Of a stretch of DNA of 64,000 nt, positions 1-10,715 are shown piece by piece. Below the pieces are notes generated by a model that worked only from the letters and a program-made list of their open reading frames with translations, was not told where the DNA came from and ran no database searches. The position numbers were made by a program, and so were the translations under genes. Location: assembly GCA_048013815.1 (NCBI GenBank), contig CM106586.1:3224001-3288000 (forward strand), in the 5' to 3' direction. Positions within the stretch are counted from its first letter, which is position 1; each line of letters starts with the position of its first letter. The DNA is from Setoptus koraiensis. Taxonomy: Eukaryota > Animalia > Arthropoda.

Positions 1-1113
1 TGGGTTGGATATATCACCTATGTTTACTTTGCCTGGATTGCTAGTTGAAATGTTTGTGATCAATACACGGCGCCTATTACCGTCAAACCTTAGGCCATTA
101 CCTATACTGAGAATATCGGAATTCGATTCTATGAGGGGCCTTATCATTTGAGAGTAAAAATTAGCCGAATTTGCATCGCTTGAGTTGGCAACGTGGGGCT
201 TTGTGGGAGGATTATTGTTGATGGACTTTTTAGTGTTTGCATAACTAATGTTTCCTTTAGTCCCTCTATTTTTTCTACGCTGCTGTGCGCCGATAGACTC
301 TATATAAGGGCGAGATTCTGATGAGTTCATCTGATTCAATCTTGCCGCTCTCTCTCTACCAAGATCATTTATATCAACATTGGACATGAAACGCTATTAG
401 AAGCGGAAGTTATATAAAGACATCCAAAGAAAGAGAGAAAAAAAATGTTAGTGTCGATGATTAGCTGATAGTGTGATCTTTCCGAGAGAATTATATAAAA
501 TGTAATGTTATCTCACCCTGAGCAAGTCCAGAATGTCATAATATTGTAGTTCCTCCGCTATTTCAACGGGTGTAATGAAGAACTTGCTCATAGCCTGAAC
601 GTCCGCACCGTTATTCAATAATCTATCAACAATAGTCATGTGTCCTCTCTCAACTGCCCAATGAAGAGGAGTCATCTTGAGCATATCTCTCGCGTTGGCA
701 TCCGCTCCATGGGATAACAGTAATTCAACCATTGCAAGATGACCCTCTTGAGCTGCAACATGTAGTGCTGTTCTGTCAAGTTTGGTTCTGGCATCCTTAC
801 TAACCCCTGCCCTTAGTAAGATCTCAGCAGAGTCTGTGTGGCCATTTTGAGCAGCGAAGTGCAACGGAGAAGTACCCAGATAGTCGGTAGTGAAAGGTGC
901 CCCAGATTGAGTTAGACTTCGAACATGCTCTGTAAGACCGTTACGGCTAGCGTCCAGAAGCTTCTTCCCTAAATCGACTAAATTGGCTGTCATGGAGCCA
1001 TTCGACGATGATTGTGCTGATGAGGAACTGCTGGACTTGTGTGATTTTGGTGGTGCTAATGTGGGCGTAGATGGTGTTGCTTCGAGAGTAATGGAATCAA
1101 ATAGATGCATCAT
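1..1113 (-). CDS. GABPB1: GA-binding protein beta-like ankyrin-repeat protein; exon 1 517..1113 (or from ATG 993), GT-AG intron 394..516, exon 2 <1..393 open to the window edge
   Basis: [63 protein letters not shown] matches the GABP-beta N-terminal ankyrin repeats. Donor CTCAGG|GTGAGA; acceptor ttctaatag|CGT; exon 2 has no stop for 131 codons. Confidence 0.88.
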
Positions 1114-3144
1114 CTGTGAGAGAGTATCGATATTGTATTCAATGCTATGGATTGTTTTGTCTATTCTTTATGGCAAATATAGACTATTATTATTGCTATG
1201 ATAAGATAATAGTCTGGTCGCAATCCGATTTTCTCCTGTAAATACAAATTGTACTAATTATAATAGTAAGATGTATAAATTTAACTATTCAATTTATAAT
1301 AGTTAGCAAATGTAACATGATCGGTAGAGCACACGGTCTTTATGAATATATCTAGATAATCTCATAATAATAGTTATAATAATAAACTAGTAATAATAAT
1401 GATTTTTATTTTTGTAGGTATCGACCACATGGCGACATTACATGCCATGCATCATTGATGATTTTCATGTGAAGTACGTGTCATCAATCGTGGAGTTAGA
1501 GCAACAGATTGGGCTTGTGAGAGCGATAGACACAGACAGAGTGAGCGAGCGAATGATGGTTGCAGTGAGAGTGAGCGAGCAGCAAGATGCACACACACAC
1601 ACACAATACTCAACGTGCCAACGCGAAACAAGAAAGAAATATTGATATCTCTGACAATCTACTGTGTGAGTCTAGCAATATTTACTATTACGAAGTCGAC
1701 CCTCAAATGTGTGTGGTTTAATTTTGATATTTATACCTGCAAAATAGGTGCAAGGTATTGTAACAAGACCAACATCCAGATGTGTTCTGTGTGCAATATG
1801 CCGTATGTTTGTCAGTGTGTTTGTTTGTCTATGTGCGAGTGTGTGTGCGTGTGCATTATCCAAAATGCTGTTTCTCTCTATGACGGCTTCAACTGTATCT
1901 GTTTGCTGCATTACATGATGATCACTTTGAAAGCTCCTGAAAGGTTCATGCTGAAACAAGGTGAGCTCGGTTTTTGTCCCTTTCATTGGGGGCTCATCTG
2001 GCCAAGCGCGGCATGGCCAGTCACTCGGTGAGCTAAGTCGAGACGCTGACGACTTACAGACTGATCTGGTCCTTTCTGTTTAGTAGCCAAGATCACTACT
2101 AATTGCAACTGCTACCGCTTTGTCGATTGCACTGCCATGACGGTGCAGTATGGGACCCACATTAAATGGTCAGCGCACTCACAACATTAGCGATCCGAAA
2201 ATGGCGCGAAAATGTTGCATGCACCAGGGCAATCGAAGTAGAGCTGCCGGTTTCATTTGCGTTGTTGTCACCTCGGCACTCTGATGAGCCTCGTAATCGT
2301 TGTGCCATTTCGTTCAGTCCGAAATGCAGGTGTGGCAATGGTGATTCTCTGCGAAGTTGATAAATATCTGATAGCTCTCGTGAAAGCAATCATCACTTTG
2401 AAATATTAGTTGAATCATTGTCAACTAGGTGATCGATCGCACCATATCGTCGCAGCGTTTTCGTAGCAATCACTCAGTGGAGCGCCCTCTAAGTTTAGTG
2501 TGTTGTGAACTAGAGCTGCGATGCTTGTCTGGTGCGCATGTGGCTCTTTTGTTAGCCACCGGTTCACATTGCAAATCGATCCGTGTGTATATTTTAGAAA
2601 AAAATCACAGTTTTGCTACTCTTTCGTGATGCTGCAACAACATTAATCTTGTTTGGATTGATCGGTCAATGATGAATATTCATGAATATGTGCATTTCGA
2701 GGCTTTTTTCATAGGTTTTTTCCTCTCTTCACAATTCAAAAATCGGCGCTCTCGCCACCGGCCAAAGTTTTCGCATTCGATTCATCAGTTGTGAGCTGCA
2801 AGATGCTGATGCAGTCCGTGTGTTTGTGTGTGTGTGTGTGAGTGACTGCTATGAAATGCGCTGCCACAATGCTCCACGAAACTCAACGGCGAATCAGCCG
2901 GGCGGGGGTAGGCATCGCATCAGGAGCACATTCCCTTTCCCCGCATTTTCTGTGTGCCGCTCATTTTTGCCGCGGCGTTATCCTCGACGCATTCGGCCTA
3001 CCTTTCTTGGCGTTAACTCTATCGCTAACAACCAATAGGTTACTTGCATTCACACTAGAAACTGGTTTGTATTCTATACGCTACACTTTGCTTTTGAGGA
3101 GACACGGGCCCTATTCGACCAATATCGTCCGGCGTTTTATATTT

Positions 3145-6100
3145 ATGAAATTAGCTTACAATCTTGTCCGTCTGAGTTGTAGACCATGTACACGACTCAT
3201 TCTTAATAGAAATAGAAACCATCATTATTTTTTATCAGTATCATCATCAAAATTTCTGTCATCTTCCCCATCACCATCACCATTATTATTGCCACCATCA
3301 TCCTCGTCAGCATCCACGACATCGCTTGACCGGAAAATCAACATGGCAGGCGACCTATCAGTTGAGAGGATTTATCAAAAAAAGTCTCTATTAGAGCAAA
3401 TTATTCTAAGACCCGACACATATATTGGTTCTGTCGAGGAAACAAAACAGCATATGTGGGTCTATGAAAAAAAGACGAAAGAAAATTCAAAGAATGCCCC
3501 CACAATATTCGATCGTTCCGACAGTGACATCGAGGACATTACCGATCAAGCCACAAGTAATGGAGACCAAGCAGCAGCAGCCAACGACAAGGCTATGGTT
3601 TACAGAGAAGTTGCCTATGTACCTGGTCTGTATAAGATCTTTGACGAGCTATTAGTTAATGCAGCTGACAATAAGCAGCGCGACGGTAACATGAGTATGA
3701 TTAAAATAGAAATTAAAAAACATGAGAACAAAATTTCTGTTTTCAACAATGGATGCGGTATCCCAGTACAAGAGCACAAAACAGAAAAAGTCTTCGTGCC
3801 AACACTCATTTTTGGTCATTTACTTACATCATCCAATTACGATGATGACCAGAAAAAGACCACCGGTGGTAGAAACGGTTATGGTGCCAAATTGTGTAAT
3901 ATATTCAGTACCAAATTCATTGTTGAAACGGCGAAAGGTGGTAAAAAATTCAAACAAGTTTGGGAGAACAACATGAGAAAAGCCAATGAACCAGTGATTC
4001 AGTCTGGTGTCAAAACTCCCGATTTCACCAAGATCACCTTCTATCCTGATCTACCCAAATTCGGAATGTCGGAACTCACCGACGACATTATAGCCATCAT
4101 GTCCAGAAGAGCTTACGATGTTTGTGGTACACTATCAGGTGTCAGCGTTTATTTAAATGATGAAAAATTGCCTTTCAAAGGATTCAAAGATTACGTGAAA
4201 CAATACATCCATGAAGCAGATTTTGCCTTTGAAGAGAGTCCCAATCAGCGCTGGCAAGTAGCTTTATCACCCAGTGATGGTGAATTTAGACAAGTGAGCT
4301 TTGTCAACAGCATAGCAACAACCAAGGGTGGAAAACATGTCGACTATATTGTGGATATGGTACTTGACAATCTTTTGGAAACTGTCAAAAAGAAAAACAA
4401 GGAAAAGACCACGGTTACCAAGGCACAAGCTAAAAGACAACTGTTTGTGTTTGTCAATTGCTTGATCGAAAATCCAGCTTTCGATTCCCAAAGCAAAGAA
4501 TTCATGACACTTGCAGCATCAAAATTTGGTTCAAAATGCGAATTAACTGACAAATTCTACAAGAAGGCACAGAAAATCGGTGTTGTCGATTCTATCGTGA
4601 ATTGGGCTGAAATGCAAGCCAAAAACAAACTAGCCTCTAAAGGTGCCTCTAGAAAAACAGGAAGTGTCAACGTCCCCAAACTTGTTGATGCCGCATATGC
4701 CGGTAAAGCACAATCAAGACAATGCACTCTCATATTAACTGAGGGAGATTCGGCCAAAGGTCTCGCCGTCTCTGGTACGTCAGTTATTGGTCAACATTAC
4801 TACGGCATATTTCCGCTTCGTGGTAAACTGCTTAATGTTCGAGAGGCAAAAATGAAACAAATCATGGATAACGCTGAAATCAACGCTATTATCAAAATAT
4901 TAGGATTGAATTATAAGAAAACGTATCAAAATCCAGAAGATCTCAAAGACTTGCGTTACGGAAGAATAATGATAATGACGGATCAGGATGCCGATGGATC
5001 TCACATCAAGGGACTTATTATAAATTTTATTCACTCTAAGTGGCCCGCACTATTGCGTCATCATTCTTTCTTCCAGCAATTTATCACGCCAATAGTCAAA
5101 GCAAAGAAAGGAAATCAAGTTGTAAACTTTTATAGTATACCCGAATTCAATGAGTGGAAAGAAAATACACCGAACTACAATTCATACCACATTAAATACT
5201 ACAAAGGTTTGGGTACTTCTACCGCATCAGAAGCCAAAGAATATTTTAGTGACCTCGACCGACATAGAATCGACTTCAGATATGGAGGCCATGAAGATGA
5301 CAACGCAATAGTGCTCGCTTTTAGTAAAGAAATGATTGAAGGCAGAAAACAATGGCTCATGAATAATATGGAACAGCGAAAGCGTCGTCGAGAGATGGGT
5401 CTTCCAGAAGTTTATTTATACGAAAAGGGTACTCGCCAAGTCACTTATCAAGATTTTGTCAACAAAGAATTGGTACTTTTCAGTAATCTCGATAATGAGC
5501 GATCTATTCCTTCGATGATGGATGGTCTCAAACCTGGCCAACGTAAAGTAATTTTCACCTGTTTCGCCAGAAATGACAAGCGCGAGGTCAAAGTTGCTCA
5601 ATTGGCTGGTTCAGTAGCTGAAAAATCTGCCTACCATCACGGAGAAGCATCTCTGCAGGCCACCATTGTTAACTTGGCTCAAGATTTTGTCGGTTCTAAC
5701 AACATCAACTTACTCCAACCTATAGGTCAGTTCGGTACCAGGCTAAGGGGAGGTAAAGATGCTGCTAGCGCTCGTTATATCAACACAATGCTCAATCCTT
5801 TGACAAGAAAAATATTTAGACCGGAAGATGACGCTGTTTTGAACTACCTAGAAGATGACAATCTGAGTGTTGAACCTGAGTACTATGTACCTATTATACC
5901 TATGGTTTTAGTGAATGGAGCAGAAGGTATTGGTACAGGTTGGTCGACTAAGGTACCCATGTACAATCCCCTAGAAGTTGTGGCCAACATTAAGCGCCTT
6001 ATCCGCGGTGACTTGCTTGAACCCATGGTTCCTTGGTATAGAGATTTCAGAGGAGAACGAGTTCAAATTGGATCTAGTGTTATAATCAGTGGTGTGATCA

Positions 6101-7512
6101 GAAAATCGTTGTATGAACCCAATCAGCTCGAAATAACTGAATTACCAATAGGAACTTGGACTGAAAATTATACTGAGAGTGTTTTGCGTCCACCGGCGGA
6201 CTCTACGACGAAACCCAATCCTGCAGCTGTTTATAACTTTATAGAAGATCTCGTCAACTATCCTGATGACACATACGTTAAGATGACTTTCTCTATGCCA
6301 GAGAACAAATTGAACGAACTTGGTAGTTCGATCGGTTTATACAAGGCATTCAAATTACAGACATCTTTCTCACTGAACTCTATGGTATTATTCGATTCGA
6401 AAGGCTGTCTCAAGCGTTATGAATCTCCGTTGGAAATTATCAAAGAATTTTACGAAGAAAGGCGAAGATTCTACGCAAAACGACGAGAATACGTCATCGG
6501 GATGCTAACAGCCGAGAGCGAGAAATTGGATAACGAAGCTAGATACATAGACGACAAGTCGATGCTGGAATTCATGCAAACAAGTCCACCGCTCAAAACT
6601 CTTATCCAGAGGCTCATAGATCGTGGCTACGCCCCCGATCCTGTTAGAAGGTGGAAAAAGCAATTTGCCAAAAGTATGCAACGTAATTCAGAGGCTGAAG
6701 AACCAGAGCCAGAGGCAGACGACAGCGAAGGTGTCACATCTCAAGATATAGCGGACTATGGCTATCTCATCAATACAACAATAAGGAAGTTCACCAAAGG
6801 CGATACTGCTAAGTTGAAAAAGCAAAGGGACGAAAAGAGAGAACAAATGGAGAGAATGATTAGATCAACAATCGAAGATCTGTGGCTCGCTGATCTTGAT
6901 GAGCTTGAGCAAGAATATGCTAAATGGTTGGAAGGTTTGAAAAAACAACGCAAGGAGGCAAGAGATGCTCGTAGTAAAGCTCAGAGAAGTGAAGCCAAGT
7001 CAAATGCCAGAAAAGGAAAGAAAATTGCTACAATTGCTGATGCAGACATGGAGCCCTCACCAGACTTTGAAGATGTGTCTCCTCCGCTAGATGAATACCG
7101 CAAAAAGACGGCTGACGCTGAGAGACGCAAGGCTGGCGTTGGAGCTGCCAAGGGTGGAAAATCTCGCGTTCCTACAAAATCAAGCAAGCTGAACAAATCA
7201 GGTGATGCTGACTTTGATGCATCCGATTCTGATGAAACCGACTTCAATGATGACCTCACTGATGAATGTAATGATGATACAATAATGGACATAGATGATA
7301 CAATTGTACTAGATGACGATGAACTTACTGATCCAATTCCGACGAAAAAACTTCCTTCTAAGACGAAAGAGCCGAAGGAACCCAAGGAACCCAAGGAACC
7401 TAAAGAACCCAAAGAACCCAAAGAACCTAAGGCGCCTAAAGCACCCAAAGCGCCCAAAGCACCGAAGGAATCGAAGGCGCCCAAGGCTAAAAAAGCTCGC
7501 TTAGACAAATGA
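3145..7512 (+). CDS. TOP2: DNA topoisomerase II, single exon; conserved protein starts at ATG 3343 (MAGDLSVERIYQKK), upstream in-frame ATG at 3145
   Basis: GHKL ATPase motifs (EL..NAADN, GGRNGYGAKL), TOPRIM (TEGDSA, PLRGKLLNV, IMTDQDADGSH), active-site RY (ASARYINT), acidic C-terminal tail and terminal basic NLS-like KAKKARLDK. Confidence 0.97.
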   Translation: MKLAYNLVRLSCRPCTRLILNRNRNHHYFLSVSSSKFLSSSPSPSPLLLPPSSSSASTTSLDRKINMAGDLSVERIYQKKSLLEQIILRPDTYIGSVEETKQHMWVYEKKTKENSKNAPTIFDRSDSDIEDITDQATSNGDQAAAANDKAMVYREVAYVPGLYKIFDELLVNAADNKQRDGNMSMIKIEIKKHENKISVFNNGCGIPVQEHKTEKVFVPTLIFGHLLTSSNYDDDQKKTTGGRNGYGAKLCNIFSTKFIVETAKGGKKFKQVWENNMRKANEPVIQSGVKTPDFTKITFYPDLPKFGMSELTDDIIAIMSRRAYDVCGTLSGVSVYLNDEKLPFKGFKDYVKQYIHEADFAFEESPNQRWQVALSPSDGEFRQVSFVNSIATTKGGKHVDYIVDMVLDNLLETVKKKNKEKTTVTKAQAKRQLFVFVNCLIENPAFDSQSKEFMTLAASKFGSKCELTDKFYKKAQKIGVVDSIVNWAEMQAKNKLASKGASRKTGSVNVPKLVDAAYAGKAQSRQCTLILTEGDSAKGLAVSGTSVIGQHYYGIFPLRGKLLNVREAKMKQIMDNAEINAIIKILGLNYKKTYQNPEDLKDLRYGRIMIMTDQDADGSHIKGLIINFIHSKWPALLRHHSFFQQFITPIVKAKKGNQVVNFYSIPEFNEWKENTPNYNSYHIKYYKGLGTSTASEAKEYFSDLDRHRIDFRYGGHEDDNAIVLAFSKEMIEGRKQWLMNNMEQRKRRREMGLPEVYLYEKGTRQVTYQDFVNKELVLFSNLDNERSIPSMMDGLKPGQRKVIFTCFARNDKREVKVAQLAGSVAEKSAYHHGEASLQATIVNLAQDFVGSNNINLLQPIGQFGTRLRGGKDAASARYINTMLNPLTRKIFRPEDDAVLNYLEDDNLSVEPEYYVPIIPMVLVNGAEGIGTGWSTKVPMYNPLEVVANIKRLIRGDLLEPMVPWYRDFRGERVQIGSSVIISGVIRKSLYEPNQLEITELPIGTWTENYTESVLRPPADSTTKPNPAAVYNFIEDLVNYPDDTYVKMTFSMPENKLNELGSSIGLYKAFKLQTSFSLNSMVLFDSKGCLKRYESPLEIIKEFYEERRRFYAKRREYVIGMLTAESEKLDNEARYIDDKSMLEFMQTSPPLKTLIQRLIDRGYAPDPVRRWKKQFAKSMQRNSEAEEPEPEADDSEGVTSQDIADYGYLINTTIRKFTKGDTAKLKKQRDEKREQMERMIRSTIEDLWLADLDELEQEYAKWLEGLKKQRKEARDARSKAQRSEAKSNARKGKKIATIADADMEPSPDFEDVSPPLDEYRKKTADAERRKAGVGAAKGGKSRVPTKSSKLNKSGDADFDASDSDETDFNDDLTDECNDDTIMDIDDTIVLDDDELTDPIPTKKLPSKTKEPKEPKEPKEPKEPKEPKEPKAPKAPKAPKAPKESKAPKAKKARLDK
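7366..7489 (+). repeat. 9-bp coding tandem repeat (KEP/KAP)n at the Top2 C-terminus
   Basis: aaggaaccc/aaggcgccc-type units encoding KEPKEPKEPKEPKEPKEPKEPKAPKAPKAPKAPKESKAPKA. Confidence 0.9.
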
Positions 7513-9486
7513 AGTTTGTGTCTTAAATTGTGACTAATAAAAAAGCAAAAGAGCTTGATCTTTTTTTCTCTGCTAGCATATCATGTATCACTTGTTTTTA
7601 CATCGGGGAAGAAAACATTCAAGGCCCAAACTCAAATGAGAGCTTGAATCAGGGCACTTGTATTTGACCAAAAAAAATCTATATTTAAACACCTATTCTA
7701 CTGGTGTCAGGTCTGAAGAAAGCCTTAGAATTTTACAATTTCCATTTGTGCCATTGTCATTTGGCTGGCATTTACAGAAGCTCCGCGGTGCATTTTCTCG
7801 TTGAAGTTGATTAATCATCTAGAATTGATATAGCATGGCACTATTGTTTCCATAGGTAATTAGTGCCTAAATGAACAATAAATGGTTACTATCAACAAAG
7901 CAGATGTGTGGCAATCAATGTTCAAGCATCACTTTAATACAAGCAAGTAAATGTGCAGGAGAGAGAGAGCGAGCATCAAACTTTTTTCTCATTTATTGTT
8001 GCGCACTAACTTCTAACGTAGTGTCAGAGCTCTTTTGAAAGCAAATGTTTAATCAAGTTCACTAGAGATACAAAGATAGGTACAAGTCTATATAAATAGA
8101 GTTATACACAGTAGCTAATGGATACCGCAACTCTTGAACAAAACATCTACCTATTCTGTCATGTTGTGGCTTTTTTATATTTAATTTTTAGATGTTTTCA
8201 TCGCTGTGACTAACTGAGTTAGTTCTGGCAACTACTTTGGAGAGAAATTGTATCAACTCGTTCAGATAGACATAGGATTGTTGTAGTTCTTCGCCGCTTG
8301 ACCGGTCAATTATATTTACCGCTGCTGCTGCTGCAAGAGTTATGCGAAATTCTACTTGTGAGTATGAGTATTCGGAGGCTATCGGCATCAGTGACGGAGG
8401 AACACAAATGTAAAGAGATACATACACTCACAAAAACAAAAACACTTGTTGCTGTTTCTGTTTATGTTTGTTCGACTAACCGTAGACTGTGCGTACAGTG
8501 TGAAGGTATCCCGCAAGTAGAGTATAAAATATCCATACGTAGCAGTTATAAGTTGGCGCTGGTTAGCTAACTAGTGAGTATTTTCATACATGTGATATGC
8601 TAATACAACCACAGACAAACAGGCTCACTAACAACAATCGGGCAGCAATCTCACAAGCTAACAAGTTTGGCGTCGTTGGATTGCTATTGGAAGATGACGG
8701 CGACGACGACGACGAAGAACTTTCAAGCGAACGAGACGGCGATTTTCAGTTATTTAGTTTTATTTCTCCTGTTGTTAGAGCCATTAGTCTTGAGAAGTAG
8801 CATTGTATTAATGCAAAGAGCAACGGCAGAAGCATTATCTAAATTCGAGATCCGTAGATCATGCAGCTACGTATATTTTGGTAGCAACAACAACAACAGC
8901 AACAAGTCTTTCTTCGTTTGCCTTTTTATTGCATGGCCGATTGAGTACGCCCTCTCACGCAAATTCTGACAACTGCAAGTAAGTTTGTCTATCTCGACTG
9001 TCTCTTACCTGTTAGTTCCAGCTACCTGATGCTGGCTGGCTCACTGGCAAGCTGGTAGCAGCGTATGTAATACCCAAGTATGGCCTTGTCAGCTTGGTTT
9101 AGCGTGGAGTTCTGACTGATTGGAAATACACAGTTTAATAGAAGAAGCGAGGGCTTACTGTGAGTGTGTGTGTGTGTGTGTGTTTGTGTTCAGTTACCCA
9201 CAGAGGTTGCTGTTGTTGGAATGGCACAATATTACAAAGTAGAACACAAAAATATAGCTTGCAACCTGTTAGTTAGCACAGGTATGGCATGGTCAGGTGT
9301 TTTGCAACGGCACAGTTGTGCATACGTTGCTAGGCAGCTAGAAGTATATTTGCGATGTGTATGCAATGTGAGCGCGCTGCGCCGCAATCTTATCAAGCTT
9401 ATTATTGTGGAGAGATAACGAGAGCCGCTGCGTTGTGAAAGCTTTTTACGAGCTTCCATCGAACTGGACTCAAGTCAGCGACTCAA

Positions 9487-9550
9487 CTCACCTGTGCCCT
9501 GCATGAGCACCAGCTCACCTGTGCCTTGCATGAGCATCAGCTCACCTGTG
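9487..9550. repeat. 27-bp tandem repeat, about 2.4 copies, each with a CACCTG E-box
   Basis: ctcacctgtgccctgcatgagcaccag / ctcacctgtgccttgcatgagcatcag / ctcacctgtg. Confidence 0.85.
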
Positions 9551-10715
9551 TGTGTGTGGACTCTGCACTGTAGAGTTGGTCGCCAGGATGTGTTCGTCCA
9601 CGATGTTCGCCGCGATGCTCTACTGCTCTCTAGTCGTGCCAACATCCAACCAAGACAGCGACTAGCTTGTTGTTGTTATTATTGTTGTTATTATTATCAT
9701 TGTCATTATTCTATATAACAGTCGCTATAATAGCCATCATTAGAATCATTTCAAACAATTCCAGCCGAGTCACAGTGAAAATCGTTTCCATTCGACTGTG
9801 TGTGAGAGTGAGCATTTAAATCGCCTAGAATTTTGGGCAAAATTATTCTCGCATTGATTTATGAATAGTGTAGTATACGGCACACACACACCAACTGTGT
9901 TGTTGCGCTTGCATTATTAGTTGGCGCTACTTGAACGAACGCACTTAATACCAATTGTTGTATCCGATACCCAGCGTCTTGTCACACTAACCAGACACAA
10001 TTGCCAGTGTCACTTTGACACAAAAGCAAAAGCAACAACTACCAGCTACACCAATCAAAACAGACTCAGCTCTCGCTGCTCGCTCCAGTGACACACGATA
10101 CACTAGTAGAAAATCCAAATATATTAAGCGCAACGAAATCAAAGTAGCAAAGAAGAATCTCATCAGAAAATCCCAATCTAATCAGTGAGTAACATCGGCA
10201 TTGTTGCCTAAGCGATAATCGAAATCACTAAGCGAGAAACGTTACGCGAATAGTCCGTTAAAAACTACGCACACACACACGCACGTTTCGTACGTGTTAA
10301 TACATGGCTATGATTATCATCACTCATTGGTGGCAGCCCACACTAATAATAAACAGAAACAACAACCACTAGACGAATCAAGTTATGATATTTTCCAGTT
10401 GGCACAACGAACCGTTCAAGTAAAACTTTCGAATTAGATATAATCTCACTTGATTGTCGTCGCCGCGTCATCGATGTAAATCAACAACACACACACTCAC
10501 ACATACACTCCATGTGACATGTGTGACAACCATACCAAAAAGAAAAAGAAGAAGAGAGAGCAAGCAATCAAACAAGTGAAACTCTTCAAGAATCTCAATG
10601 AAAAATGCTTTAGCCGATTGTTGTTGTGCTCCGTCAACACCAACAACTAAACACTAACTATTATTATTATATTTACGACGTTTGTATTTTATTTTATTGT
10701 TCTGCCAACAACCAA

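Noticed and set aside
1442-2629. Short ORFs between GABPB and Top2
   Set aside because: Driven by CA/TG/GA microsatellites; no recognisable motifs.
2842-3144. First 100 codons of the Top2 ORF as called by the track
   Set aside because: Starts at GTG inside a (TG)n tract and has no Top2 similarity; probably open 5' flank or UTR.
8590-8835. In-frame TGA read as selenocysteine in a minus-strand ORF
   Set aside because: No Sec-typical redox context, no identifiable SECIS, low-complexity flanks.
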